Positions 12,241-24,715 are shown, numbered from the stretch's first letter. The stretch is DNA of 64,000 nt from Hypanus sabinus (GCF_030144855.1 NC_082715.1:81344001-81408000); one strand, 5' to 3'. The notes: generated from the sequence alone by a model not told the origin. Numbers and translations: made by a program.

Positions 12241-14299
12241 ATGATCCTGCAGTCCCATCTACCTGTGGCATCTTTATGTCCCTTTACTTATGAAGAACCA
12301 CTCAACAATTAATTCAAAGACTCTACTTCCACTGAACCTTTGAGGCAAAAATTTCAAAAGACTCAACACTATTACAATTCCCAGAAACCAGAGAATTCAT
12401 TCTTCTTGTAAAGATTGTCCTCTATGGAAGCATGCCAATGGTCACACTACCTTAAATACTGAGGACTGAGTGCAATTATTTCCACACATTTGTATTGTCC
12501 AACAGGGATAATTATACCACAAACCAAACCAACAACACTGAGGCCATATGAAGTCTGGTTATCTCCAAGATGAATTTTCAATACTGACCTCTCACTACAT
12601 TACTTCACTGCAAGGTTCAGTACCAAACTACTGAACTAGTGAAACAATGCTAAATATTCATTCACTGTTTTCAGCAGTTCAACATAGTAATGCAATGGAA
12701 GATTAGATTAAAAGAATTGAAATGCCTTTCTGCAAACAGCAACTGATGTTAAATTAATTGTTGATTGAAATTTGGAGATCAACATTTGCTAACTGATGGT
12801 GCCAAAGGCAATAAATGGAGTTAGGTCAAAGATCAGACATGAATGTTAGAACAAGCTTGAGGTTTTAAATAACCTATTTCTGTCTCTATTATAAGTATCT
12901 TCTATACTGATTTAATAGTTTCTTGGACCTAATATATTAATGAAATGTTAAAATTTTTATTTAGTTATCAGTGATGATCCTGAAATTATCAGTTATAAAA
13001 TCTAGCTAACTAATAACCCTCAAGGAAACTTTTTTTTGACTTGAGACAGTAATGTGTTTGATTCATATAAGCCTATTAAGACAGTCCAGTAAGTTACTGG
13101 TTCAAGGGCAATTATGAACAGGCAATAAATGCTGGCTCTGCTAGGGCATAAAAATTTAAATTGTAGATTTCACATTAACAAAACAGTTGTAGCATACAGT
13201 CAACTCCTCCACCAACAGAAAGTAAAAGTTTATGAACTTGCTTAGGGAAAGGTAAATCTTAAATGAGGAAACAAAGTTATTTCATCAGGTCCCCCAAAAT
13301 GTAACAGTTCACACAAGCAACACCTTGAATACAATGGAAAGATACTTGCAAACATACTGACATGAGTTTCCCCCATTGCTCTCCACATTAACCAGGAGGC
13401 AAATTTCACATCCTTCTCATAGCCAGTCATTTATATCTTTCTCATTGAGGATCTTCATGATCTTGTCTAGTACTAGAACACAGGCCCTTCGGCCAACCTT
13501 TTAAATCTCCAAGATCAATAACCTTTCCTCCTGCATCGCTCCCCCCCACCATTTTTCTATTACCCATGTGCCGAAGTTTCTTAAATGCCTCTAATGTATC
13601 TGCTTCTACCACACCCCACAGAGCTTACCCTGCACTGACCACTGTGTAAAGCATTTACCAGTACCTCTGACATCCCTCCAACATTTTTCACTTTATATTT
13701 TTTTTTACAAAGTATACAAGACATTTGAGATTTCCATTTAAAACATGTAGTGAAGAGTGGATTGAAGCCCAATTACTAATCCTAATTGGACATGAAAAGA
13801 ATGAAACCAAAGTATTTGAGTACTACACAATATTAAACAGGTAGAATGCAAAATAGAAAATATCTACACTACTCACTAGACCTTTATTGGCAAGATTTGG
13901 AAAACAAAATTCGTAAGGTTTCAGGTAATATAACGACATTAGACGGTCAGATTAAATTTGTTTATTACCAAAGAATTTCAGTTACATGTTCAAAAGGGCA
14001 GCTAAGATTGTTCACACTTCTGAAAAACTGGAGGGATATGTAATGGGAGATATTCCAACGGAATTTCATACCGTTAGAGAAAAGGTTTCAGTGATACCAG
14101 TTTACATAAAGAGAGAACACAATTTAAAACAAGTGGCAAAATGATCAGTGGTATAGAATTACACAACTGTGATCTGGAATACAGTGGTTACGGAAGTAGA
14201 TCTCAAGAGTAACCCACAAAAGGGAGCTAGATGAATATCCGAAAAGGAAGCACTAGGTGCGTTACTCGAAAAAAGAGTGGAATTAATCATAAAGTTTTC

Positions 14300-14870
14300 A
14301 GTCAACACAAAGACAACGGGCCGAGTGGCCGATCTGCACACTCATGACTCAAGTGCGCAGCAGCACCCGCTCGACAGTTCAAACGGGCGAGCGCAGCCCT
14401 TTGCATGGTTCACTAACGAGCAGTGCCAGTCTGATGCCCTAGCCAGTGACCCAACAGATTACAGCAGGTCCGCAGCCTCCACTTCCCGGGCCCAGTCCCC
14501 TCCTGACCCGGATTCCTCACCCAGCCCCCTCGGCCATTTTGGCCTCTGTTCTTCTTGCCAACTCATCGCACCTCACACCTCCCTCACTGGGTCAGTGCGG
14601 CAGTGCACTACCCCAGACCGGATAAAGAGTGGCGGGCGGCAACCACCCACGCCCTCCTCTGCCTCCGCCACCAATGCTCCCCTTCCACTTACTCTCATTC
14701 CAGGAGTCCCTACAATGGCCGCTTCGTGCCTCTCTGTGCGGACGCTCTTCTCGCGAGACCGCGGAGCAGGACGTGGATTCGCCGGGCTCCTCACGCGATG
14801 TCTGTATTGTTCCTGCTCTGGCGCCCCTATCAGGCCTGGAGGAACTACTACCCGGGCAGATTCAAGCCAT
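14300..14870. promoter_or_regulatory. LATS1 CpG-island promoter with TCTCGCGAGA palindrome (14749-14758) and YY1-like ACAATGGCCGC
   Basis: Local CpG/GC enrichment against AT-rich background; perfect CGCG element (BANP/ZBTB33-type motif). Confidence 0.7.
14693..14830 (-). other. LATS1: Probable non-coding exon 1 of LATS1 (5' end approximate)
   Basis: AGA|GTAAGT donor at 14692 inside a CpG-rich island upstream of the first coding exon. Confidence 0.6.
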
Positions 14871-15059
14871 CTCTCCTCCTTATATGCGTCTTCATACACA
14901 GTTATGCTAGGAACGCCTATTTCTACCAACTTCTCATATGCGTCCATAACTTAGTTATGCAAAACTCAGTGTCTCGGCCCAAAACGTCGACTGCGCTTCT
15001 CCCTATTGATGCTGCCTGGCCTGCTGTGTTCTACCAGCATTTTGTGTGTGTTGTTGTTA

Positions 15060-16070
15060 TGCAGGACTGTTAGTACCGCTTTCCCGCCAATACATGTCAC
15101 CTTCGCACAGTCTCGCATTGGTTTTGGCAACGTGAGTTTGTGTGATCTTGCGCTCTTAAACTTTTGTTGGTTTTACCTATCCTATACAGTGCACTGATTT
15201 TGTGCTTGAAATATTTAACTATGCCTCCTAAGCGTCCGATGTCAAGCTTTAACACCTGAAAAAAATTTGGAAATTATAAACAGCGCGGCGTCAGGTGAAG
15301 GTAACACAGCTCTGGGACACTATATACGGCAAATTATCTCTCAGAAGCTTGTGTGGCCCTGGGCCGTAAAATTGGTGGGGAAGGAATTCTCAGATCTCGA
15401 GAATGCTGACGTGGTAGAACTGGATTCTCACGATGAAGAAATAAGTTGTGCCTTCGGCGTTCAGCTCAGACCGAAGGTGATAACGATGAAGAAGAGTGTC
15501 GAGTTGCAGGTGAAGGATTTTACGGTGAAGCAACTGGCAGAATTTTTTAAGGCCGCGGCACACTTGGCACAAATGGCGATGGACATGGACCCAAGTTTAT
15601 ATCGAAGTCAGCATTTCAGTCGTTCCCTTCCCCTCACCACTTCAAACCGGTGTCGCTACCTGCTGCCGGCAGTTCTGTGAGTCTTCCGTCACCCCTCCTA
15701 CCCTTGATGATCCTGACGACACACAACCATCCACCTCATCTATGTAAAACTGCCCGGCACCACTCATCTCCTGGAGCGAACACACCTGCCACTGTTGGTG
15801 AGTACTGTACACCCTAGTATGTTAACTTACTTTGATTTATTGCGTTAAATATTACCTTAAGTTACTGAAATGTAATACGAATATTGCCCTGTGGTACTGC
15901 TTTTGTGTCGTATTGGTATGAAAATGTGAATAAGTTACAGGTAAAACGTATTTAGGAAGCCCTCCAGAATGCATCCCGATTTTCTCTTTAAATAATTATT
16001 CACAGTATGCGTTTCCACACTATGCGTCGACTGCGAGGAACCTATCCCCCGCAGATGACGAGAGGGTACA
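15060..16070 (+). mobile_element. Tigger/pogo-like DNA transposon remnant (internally deleted)
   Basis: atgcctcctaagcgtccg (MPPKRP) start; ORF 15267..15680 LVGKEFSDLENADVVELDSHDEE...FTVKQLAEFFKAA...DPSLYRSQHF resembles the Tigger transposase C-terminus; TIR-like end at ~16038-16070. Confidence 0.6.
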
Positions 16071-18005
16071 GAAATTGAGCATATGGTGGGAATATTAAGC
16101 AGTTCACACATATCTGGGATACAGGAGATTCTGAAACTCTTGGACAACACACACAAAATGCTGGAGGAACTCAGTGGATCTGGCAGCATCTATGGAGGGG
16201 AATGAATAGATAACGTTTCGAGTCAAGATCCTTCAAGGGACACATTTCATTTCTCTGCACAGATGCTACCTGAGCGCTGATATTCCTTCAGCATTTTGTG
16301 TGTCACCTGCTTCAGTTATTGCCACTCAAGTTGATATACATTTAGAAATACGTATCTGGTTAAATGTGTGCGTGTACACCTACACTCTGTAAGGTACTGA
16401 ATGCTTCAAGGTTCAGAGAGAATTTAATATCAAAATGTAAACAGTTTTATGTCACTATATTCTATCTTGAGATTTATTTTCTTGAAGGCATTAATACAGA
16501 GCATTAATGAGAGGGCCACCCCATCAGAGGTGTCCTCCAGCAGATAAGATCTTAAATCACGTCCACATTCATTCACTCAAGTTTGTACCTACGGAACTTA
16601 ACAGCAGCAGCGAATTTACCCTCAATCTGACATTGCCAATTAACAACTTTTTATTATTTAACAGTTTCTGCACATCGAAGATTTTTGTATTTAACTGATT
16701 TTGAGACTCTTCAGGACACATTCCATCTACAAAAATGTCCATTAATAAAGCACCTTTATTAATTCAAAAGCAAACCTGGAAAACGCACTGTTACAGGTTA
16801 ATTTAGCCATTTCTCACTCTTAAGCAAAATTGCAACCATCCGGTCACACAGGAGCACCGCCAGTGTGCAACTCGTAACCTATTGTAATACAATATTACGG
16901 CTCCAGGTGTCTATGTTGTTCCAGGACAAACACACCCATTTTAAAGTTTACATCCTTTTCTCTTTTGCCCTTCTCTTACCTCCTCCAAACTACAAACCCA
17001 CAGATCTCCTCCCTTGCATCTCTGACTTTATGCATTATTGGTCCCTCTTCCTGCCATTGGCCCCATACACCAAACTCTGGAATTCCCTACACATGAATAC
17101 CCACGAAATGTACTAGTTCTGATCACTTATACCACAGGCTTCTTTCAGTGTAGAAAATTACTCTCATTTGGAGCTCCACTGGAACTTTACACCACATTAA
17201 ATATGCTCTAATAGCATATTAGAACAAGTAGTTCATATATAGTTACTGCAAATTTGTCTGATTAATTTCTTGAACTGGGCATAAATCTGTGGCTATGATT
17301 TGAAGGTCATCACCTCAGTTGTATGACCAAATAAGAAAAAGCAGAACCAATGAATAGAAAAAACCCAGCAAAGATTAGCTTTATTTGTCACATGCACATG
17401 GAAACATCCAACGAAATGTGTTGTTTAGTGTCAGGGACCATCAGTGTGAGGGTGCGCTGGGGGCAGCTCACAAATATTGCCATATGTAGCATGCCCACAA
17501 CTGACTAACCCACAAGTTTTGGTAATGTAGGAGGAAGCCCACGCTGTCACGGGAAGAACGTACAAAGTCCTTACATACATTTGCAGGAAGTGAACCCCGG
17601 AGGCTGGTGCTGCAATAGCATCACACTAACTGCTACACTATCATGACCCTACTTCCCATATACAGATCCTTGTGTATCCATATCTCTATTTCAATATAGA
17701 TCAGCATTCAACATGCAAGGCGTCAGCAGTACAAATTAGAAACCAATAAATTGTAGCTGCAGATTAAAAGTATAGGACTACTTGATACATACTGAAGCTG
17801 ATACGAGTTTGTGACTGAAAGATGTAGCCTTTCTTCCAATTTAATGTGGTTTTATACATAAGGTTTTAAATGAGACATGAGCATGGCAGTTTTGAAGGGT
17901 ACTTTATTTAAAGTAATCCACGTGTGCTTGTCATTTTCTGCATACTGGCAAGTTTTTGATTTTAAGAGCAATGGTTCACGTTCAGAAATTTGAATCTGGT
18001 TACAA

Positions 18006-18229
18006 TCAGACTTCCAGATCCCTGGTAATGTAAATAGCTTCTGCATCTGTCCCACAGACTAAATGCTCTCCCACAACATCCAAACTATTGACTGACAGGA
18101 TGTAATCTGACAGCAGATTTTTGGCATCTACTTTTCCTTTCGTAATATCACTGGTGACCCATGCACTGGTCACTGACTGGTTCCTGTCAACCTGGGAAGC
18201 TGGATTAGCTAATGCGAAGTTTCTTTTAC
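18006..18229 (-). CDS. NUP43: NUP43 nucleoporin exon 8 (terminal)
   Basis: ...NQSVTSAWVTSD...LSVNSLDVVGEHLVCGTDAEAIYITRDLEV*; ttttcttag acceptor. Confidence 0.95.
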
Positions 18230-18589
18230 CTAAGAAAACATAAGAAAAAAGGTTAAGTGTCATAATTTTATAATGGAATTATACTAAAAGCACAGCCCCC
18301 AGATTCAGATTTATCATGTTTTAATACATGTATCATGTATTAATAACGAACACACCAAGAGGATGTGCTGAAGGCAGCCCACAGTTGTTGCCACACATTC
18401 CAGTGTCAATACAGCATATTCACAATGTTTAACACAATAAAACAAAGCATCAACATTAAAACAAGCCCCTTTCTCACCCTCCCACCCTCTCACACACACA
18501 GGCGACCAACCCCAGAATATGCCATACACACAAAATGCCGGAGGAAATCAGGTCAGACAGCATCTAAGGAAATAAATGAAGAGGACGGA

Positions 18590-19320
18590 GCTTAGGAGGC
18601 CAATGGTGTCTAACAGCAACTCCTTTGCTTGCATCTTCAGAAACAGCTCTATTTCTATCTTTAATATCTCTATTTTTCCCTTTCAAGGTTCTTTTGAAGA
18701 CCCTGACCTGGAGTTACACGCTGACTTCAGATCTTTGTGGGAATGGAACCTGCTCTTGGGGTCTCATGACTGGCTGCTATTCAATATACCTAGGATGTGG
18801 CCTAGAAGACTAGCACACCTTCAGAGTTCCAGGATTTCATGGCCCTGGGGGTGGGCAGACTGGAGGTCGGTGCCACTGCAGAAAACTGGTGTGTAGTGGG
18901 TGATGGAAGATCGAAAGCAGTGAGCTGGCTGCTGGTGGTGTGCCCAGAGACCTGAGTTATTTGGGCACGGAGCTCAGAAGAGACGCAACAGATTTTTAAC
19001 ACCATAAGTCAGCAAGTTGTTTTGTTATGTCTCCCCTCTCACTGTGAAACTTTTTCTCTTATTAGAGAGCAAGCTTGTGTTATGTTGAATTACCAGGTGA
19101 ACGAGTAGTCTTCCAGGGTTACTAGAAGTCTATGTCCTTATTGATGCTTTTGGGGGAGGGGGGTTGTTGCTTTGCTGCTGCTTGTGCATGGGAGGGGCTT
19201 TGGTGTTCTAATTAACTGTCATTCATTCTTTGGGGCACTCTTTTTGTGGGTGTTTGTGAAGGAAAAGAATTTCAGGACGTATATTGTATGGATTTCTCGG
19301 ACATTAAACATACCTATTGA
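18590..19320 (+). mobile_element. Non-coding interspersed retroelement (same family as 52110-53325)
   Basis: Extended similarity to the reverse complement of 52110-52396 and 52902-53325; ends attaaa...cctattgaaa. Confidence 0.75.
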
Positions 19321-20243
19321 AATTATTAAAGAGTCACTGTCTCGGGCTGAGACCCTTTTTCAGGATGCCTCCAGTCCCTGGCCATAAACTCTCAAAAATC
19401 AGGCATGTGAATGAATGTGCGTGCCCAGTGCAAGTTTAGCTGAACTAACATCTAACTTTCAGAGTTACCAGTCTTGCACAATGCTTCAATTGCCAAGCAA
19501 AATTTACAGATGGTCAGTTTGAAAACTGAAAATGCAGTTTTCTGCTTGGCCACTGAATTTTGATTCCATTACAATTAACAGTTTGATCTGCTTTAACTTG
19601 GTACACTGTCAACACTGCCAAAGAAACAAAGCACAGTTTTTGTTCTTTTGAGGCAGCTCACCATTGTAAGGATCAACGTATTCATCGTATGTATTTACGC
19701 AAATTACAAGTTTGTTGTGGTGTGTTGGCAACAACATTCAATAATTAAAAAGAATAAAGAATTATATTAAAATAAGTCAATGTACTGAGATGGACTAAAA
19801 TGTGCATAAATACCAACATGCATTTACAATGTAACAGCATTATAAAAAGCGGTTTAAAATGCTTACTGCAGTGACTGAGATAATAGCTGAGGGTCGTGAG
19901 CGAGGAATGGAAGTTGATCAGATTAACTGCCTGAGGGAAGAAACTTTTAAAATGGCATGAAGTTTGCACTTTCCAGAAGGGAGAATTTGGAAAAGGGAGT
20001 TTGCAAGGTGCATAATGTCCCCAATGGTTTTTCTTGCCCACTTCTTTGTCCTGGACACATAAAGATCCAGTTATACCCAAAAATCAAATTTACCTTTTCA
20101 GATGTTTTGTCTATAAAAATGACCCAGTTTTTCCAAAAAGAAAATTTAATTTCTGTTTATAGCATTTTTGACCCAGGGTGACAAAATTCATTCAATTAAA
20201 AAAAATCATTGCTAAAATCAACAATCAACAATGCAGTTCATAC

Positions 20244-20363
20244 CTTGAAGAAAGGAAGGCTTTTCAGAATTAACCATAGATGCATTCCAGTGCCAGAGAG
20301 ATCCATCCTCGGAGCATGTAAAGACATGGTCAGGGTTGGAAGGGTGGAAGTGAACTTCCCACA
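20244..20363 (-). CDS. NUP43: NUP43 exon 7
   Basis: MWEVHFHPSNPDHVFTCSEDGSLWHWNAS; 120 nt, phase 1 to 1. Confidence 0.96.
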
Positions 20364-21952
20364 CTGTTAATAAAAAAGCAAACCATTGAGAACCTGACAC
20401 TTTGCCATTCAATCTCAGGCAATATTGTAACAGACGCAGCCATTGAGTGATAAGCTTCCTAATGCACAATACACAAACAATTATACTAGTTCATTTAAAG
20501 TTTGTCTTTAAATTGAAAGAGGCAAGAAGGAGGCTAGTGTGCCATATTAGTGTAATGTAATCCACATGACTTGCAAGACATTGCTGAAACCCAGATGTGG
20601 GAAGGACAACAAATGAGAAATGAGATGTGCCTACCAAATGCTAGCTTTTAATGAGAAGGTGAAACAGATGTGAAGATCTGCAATGCATTCAACACGGTCA
20701 AAATGACAAACGGGAAGGCAATAATAAGATGATAGGGCAGGATCTTAATTTGGAAGACAGGCACTATATCAGTATAAGTATATTAATTCCTTAGGAAAAA
20801 GGGGTGCATTTCTATGTTGTGCTTTGCAACACCAAAACTTCCCAATTGCTTAATAGGAAACTATTTGTTAAATTATATGTAGGCCTCCGTTAGTCTCGAT
20901 AGACCATGGATTCGCACCTTGGAAAGTTTCCAGGGCGCAAGCCTGGGCGAAGTTTTTTTTTATGGAAGACTGGCAGTTGCCCAAGGTGCAAGTCTCCCCT
21001 CTCCACGCCATCAATGTTGTCCAAGGGAAGGGCATTAGTAAATTATATACACCTTCTGAACTTCAGTGATGCTGAACTAGCAAACAGACTTTTGCATGTT
21101 ACTTTTAATAACTGTAATGCATTTTTATTTCACTGTTTTTAACTATTACACAAATAAACTTCCCAGTGAATTCAAGGGGAGTGAAAAATGTTCTATTGCT
21201 TTGGATCTTGGTTCCAGTCTCAAACCTACCTGTACTTCTGACCCCAACTCCAGCATAAACACTGCTTGCACTCTAGAGGCCCAGCTTGCCAAACTATGAG
21301 TTTTGAAAAATGGGAGTAACACACAGAAATGTTGGACTCCTCAGCTCGAAATGTCGGCTCTTTATTCTTCTCCATAGATGACGCCTGACTTGCTGAGTTC
21401 CACCAGCATTTTGTGTGTGTTACTCTGTATTTCCAGCATCTGCAGAATCTCGTGTTTTTGAACAATGGGATGTAGGATTAGAGTTTTACAATATGTTTGA
21501 CATCCATGCAGTTGTACAGATTCTTAAAGACTTGTTTGTAAATGTAAGGTAACAGCGTACAGCAGAGAAGTGTTGGATAATACTTACTCATATGTCACAA
21601 ATCTCTCCTTTCACATTAGTTCATCTCACCTTCTCAGGATAGTCTTTCCTTTTCTCCCTTAACTATTTTTCATACCATATCCAAGTTACTTGCTGTATCT
21701 ATCAACTGTGGTAATGAATTCCACATTTTACACAGTCTGGCTAAAGAGGTTCCTCCTGAAAATGATTCAGCGTCATGTAAATGGACTCTGAATTTTCAGT
21801 CCAAGTTTCAATTCAGGATTGCATATCTCCCTTACCAAAAAGTGAAACTTAAGGAGGTGACCTTCAAATTCACAAATTTAACTGCTAATTCAGTTAGTGA
21901 TGGACATTCTCAGCCATCAGAGGGTCCATATAATCAAAAGAATCAAACTTAC

Positions 21953-22104
21953 TTTCTGCAGAATGAGCATCCAACACAGAGATGGGCATATTTCCTTGTC
22001 TGACGTCCCAGATACATAGTGTTCCATCTTGGCCACCTGTTGCCACTATGTGCTGCTGGTTCGGATGCCTGTCTACACAGTGCAGAGGCACTCGCTCATC
22101 TGTG
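21953..22104 (-). CDS. NUP43: NUP43 exon 6
   Basis: TDERVPLHCVDRHPNQQHIVATGGQDGTLCIWDVRQGNMPISVLDAHSAE; 152 nt, phase 2 to 1. Confidence 0.96.
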
Positions 22105-22469
22105 CTAAAAGCCGTCAGAATAAAAAAAGAGTAAGCAAGCATTTCTATTAATTCTAGGACAAGTAAATTATACATATATATATATCTCCATCCAATGGGG
22201 AAAAAAGTAGGAGAAACTACATCCAAAAAGTAGTAGAATGCCGAACTTGCAATTATAAGCAGCAGAAAAGGCAAATGACATCAGTGTATTTCTGGGAAGA
22301 CTGGACAAGCATGCAAAGAAAGAAAAAATATAATTGGGTGAGATGAAGGAGGCTTGTGTGGATTATAAAAGGGATATACATGAGAGTGGAGATGCTGGAA
22401 ATCTGAAGCAACACAAAATATTGGAAGTACTCAGCAGGTCAGACATCATCTATGGAGGGAAATAAATTA

Positions 22470-22775
22470 AGATTAGCTTTATTTGTCACGGTGTCAACCA
22501 GAATATCAAAACATTGGGAAATGCATTGTTTGCATCAGTGATAAACACAGTCTGAGTATAAGCTGGGGGGGTAGCCTGCAAGTGTTAGGACACTCCTGGT
22601 GCCAGCAAGCATGCCGACAACTTACTACCCCTACCACGCAGGTCTTTGGAATGTGGGAGGAAACCGGAGCACCCAGAGGAAACCCACACAAAGATAGACA
22701 GAAAGTTAAAACCTCCTTACAGATAGTGGTGTGAACTGAACCCCAATTGATAATCACCAGCACTGAAAGGTGATT
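22470..22775 (-). mobile_element. V-domain SINE (HE1-like)
   Basis: gtgggaggaaaccggagcacccagaggaaacccac is the reverse complement of the V-SINE core; related copies at ~4740-4860 and ~17370-17640. Confidence 0.7.
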
Positions 22776-22789
22776 GCCCTCAAATTTCA

Positions 22790-23330
22790 TCGAGATTCTT
22801 CTGCAGAATGGATACAACATTTAAAAGAATGGGGAGAGGGGCTGGAGCAATAACTGGCAGATGATAAGTACATCCAGGTGAGAGGGAAGATAGGCAGGTG
22901 GGGGCAGGAGTGAATGAGAACAATGTATGAAGCTGGGAAGTGATAGGTTGAAGTGACAAAAGGTTGAAGAAGATGAAATCTGTTAGGACAGTAGACATGG
23001 AATAAAGGGAAGGTGGTGAGCAGTGGACTGGAGGGACAAATGTGTGGACGATGGGCAGATCAGGAAGGTAGGGGGGAAAGAAGAGGTATTAGAATCTGTG
23101 GGATAAAGTGAAACAAAAGGAGGACCAGGTGACAGTGGTTAGTAAAGGTTAGGAAAAAAGATCAATGTTCATGATACTACCAGGGTGGAATACAACGTAT
23201 TATTCCTCTAATCTGTGTTTGGCCTCAACTTGGCAGCAGTGGAGGCTTTGGACAGACACATTGGTTTGGGAATGAGCAGCAGAATTAAAATGGCTGGCCA
23301 CTCTGAAAACCTGGTTGTTACAGCAGGAGG
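22790..23330 (-). mobile_element. Penelope-like element 3' fragment (GIY-YIG C-terminus plus pyrimidine-rich tail); terminal repeat continues at ~22385-22465
   Basis: VASHFNSAAHSQTNVSVQSLHCCQVEAKHRLEE resembles the PVAxHFN..H..E..R..EE motif of Penelope endonuclease. Confidence 0.7.
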
Positions 23331-23974
23331 AGCACAAAGTGGAAAAAATTGTAAAGTTACAGTAAACAGCCAGGGGTGCAGAACTAGTAAATTGCACTAA
23401 TCGAGAGGGGATCAGATGCAATGAGCTATCTGGCCTCATTTGTGCTCTAATCATTTTATGATTCTATTTGGTAGAACATTCAAATATCCCAACAGTAGAT
23501 ATGTCAGTTACTGGTGGTTTCACTACTCTGTTCAAAAACCATAAAGAGCTTCTTTTCCTGCTCAAAGTGAAGACTTAGAGCCTACGTCCAATTCCTTGGG
23601 TACAATAATGGAGGTAATGCCCAAAGATTGATACCTGATTCGAATCATTGCCTTTTTTAAAAAAAAGAATCAGAGGGAAGTCAAGAGAGCAACAACAATT
23701 TTGAGCGGACTCGTGTTCCTCCAAAAAAATTACTGTTACATTTATTGGTCAGAACCCCACTTCACAAACATATTCCTACAATGTACGATTGTATACCACT
23801 CAAATATTTTTGAAAGAAGGTTGTCAATTTCCTTTAATGTTTGTATTAGAAATATTATAGACTAAAAGATGTCACCAAGGCAATTTCTTGCCTATGCAAC
23901 TACAATTATCTACACCCCTATCTTGTTGAAATGTCTTCTATTACCTCTTGCAACAAGTATAGACTTAAATACAT

Positions 23975-24563
23975 AAACACAAGAAATTCTACAGACGCTG
24001 GAAATCCAGAGCAACACACACAAAATGCTGGAGGAACTCAGCAGGTCAGGCAGCATCCATGGAAATAAAAAACAGTCAATATTTCAGGCTGAGAACCTTC
24101 TTCAGGAGTGGAAAGGGAGAGGAAGCCTGAATAAAGAGGTGGGAGGAGGGAAAGGAGGATAGCTAGAGGTGATAGATAAAGCCAGGTAGTTTGGAAAGGT
24201 AAAGGGCTGGAGATAAAGGGAGTGGACCATAGGAAAAAGAGGAGGAGGGGCACCAGCATGAGGTGATGTGCAGGAGAGAAGAGGAAAGAGGCCAGAGTGG
24301 GGAATAGAACAGGAGGGGAGGGGGAGAGAAACATTCTTTTATAAACCAGAAGGAGAAACCGATATTCATGCCATCAGGTTAGCATCTACCCATATGGAAT
24401 ATAAGGTATTGCTCCTCAACCCTGAGGGTGGCCTCATTGAGGCACAAAAGGAGGTCACAAACCGGAACTTTGGAATGTCAATGGGGATTGGAATTAATAT
24501 GATCGGCCACTGGGAAGTTCTGCTTTTGGCGGATGGAGTGTAGGAGCTCGACAACGCAGTCCA
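23975..24563 (-). mobile_element. Penelope-like element, 5'-truncated, with terminal repeat
   Basis: Minus strand reads VELLHSIRQKQNFPVADHINSNPH*...NEATLRVEEQYLIFHMGRC*PDGMNI (GIY-YIG C-terminus), then a pyrimidine tract and the common terminal repeat. Confidence 0.85.
24073..24110 (-). ncRNA. Minimal type-I hammerhead ribozyme motif (Penelope-associated)
   Basis: CACUC-CUGAAGA-AGG(UUCUCAG)CCU-GAAA-UA-UU-GACUG: intact CUGANGA/GAAA/UH core, stem I 4/5 bp, stem II 3 bp, palindromic stem III. Confidence 0.6.
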
Positions 24564-24579
24564 TTGCTGTTGAACTCAC

Positions 24580-24715
24580 AAACAATATATTTGTAAAGGT
24601 TTGTTTCCTGGCTGCCTGAAATCCCAGATTTTCAGCTGTCCGATGGAATTGACTGTCAAGATCTCCGTTGTCCGCAGAAAGGTAACTGCATTGAGTGAAC
24701 TACTGTCAGCATTGT
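24580..24715 (-). CDS. NUP43: NUP43 exon 5
   Basis: DNADSSSLNAVTFLRTTEILTVNSIGQLKIWDFRQPGNKP; 136 nt, phase 1 to 2. Confidence 0.96.

Noticed and set aside
14277-15073. Plus-strand ORFs of 225 aa and 172 aa
   Set aside because: GC-rich CpG island depleted of stops; no recognisable domain; one runs into a repeat
15267-15680. Domesticated TIGD-like gene
   Set aside because: Only a short C-terminal fragment with a non-ATG start and no DDE core; treated as a transposon remnant
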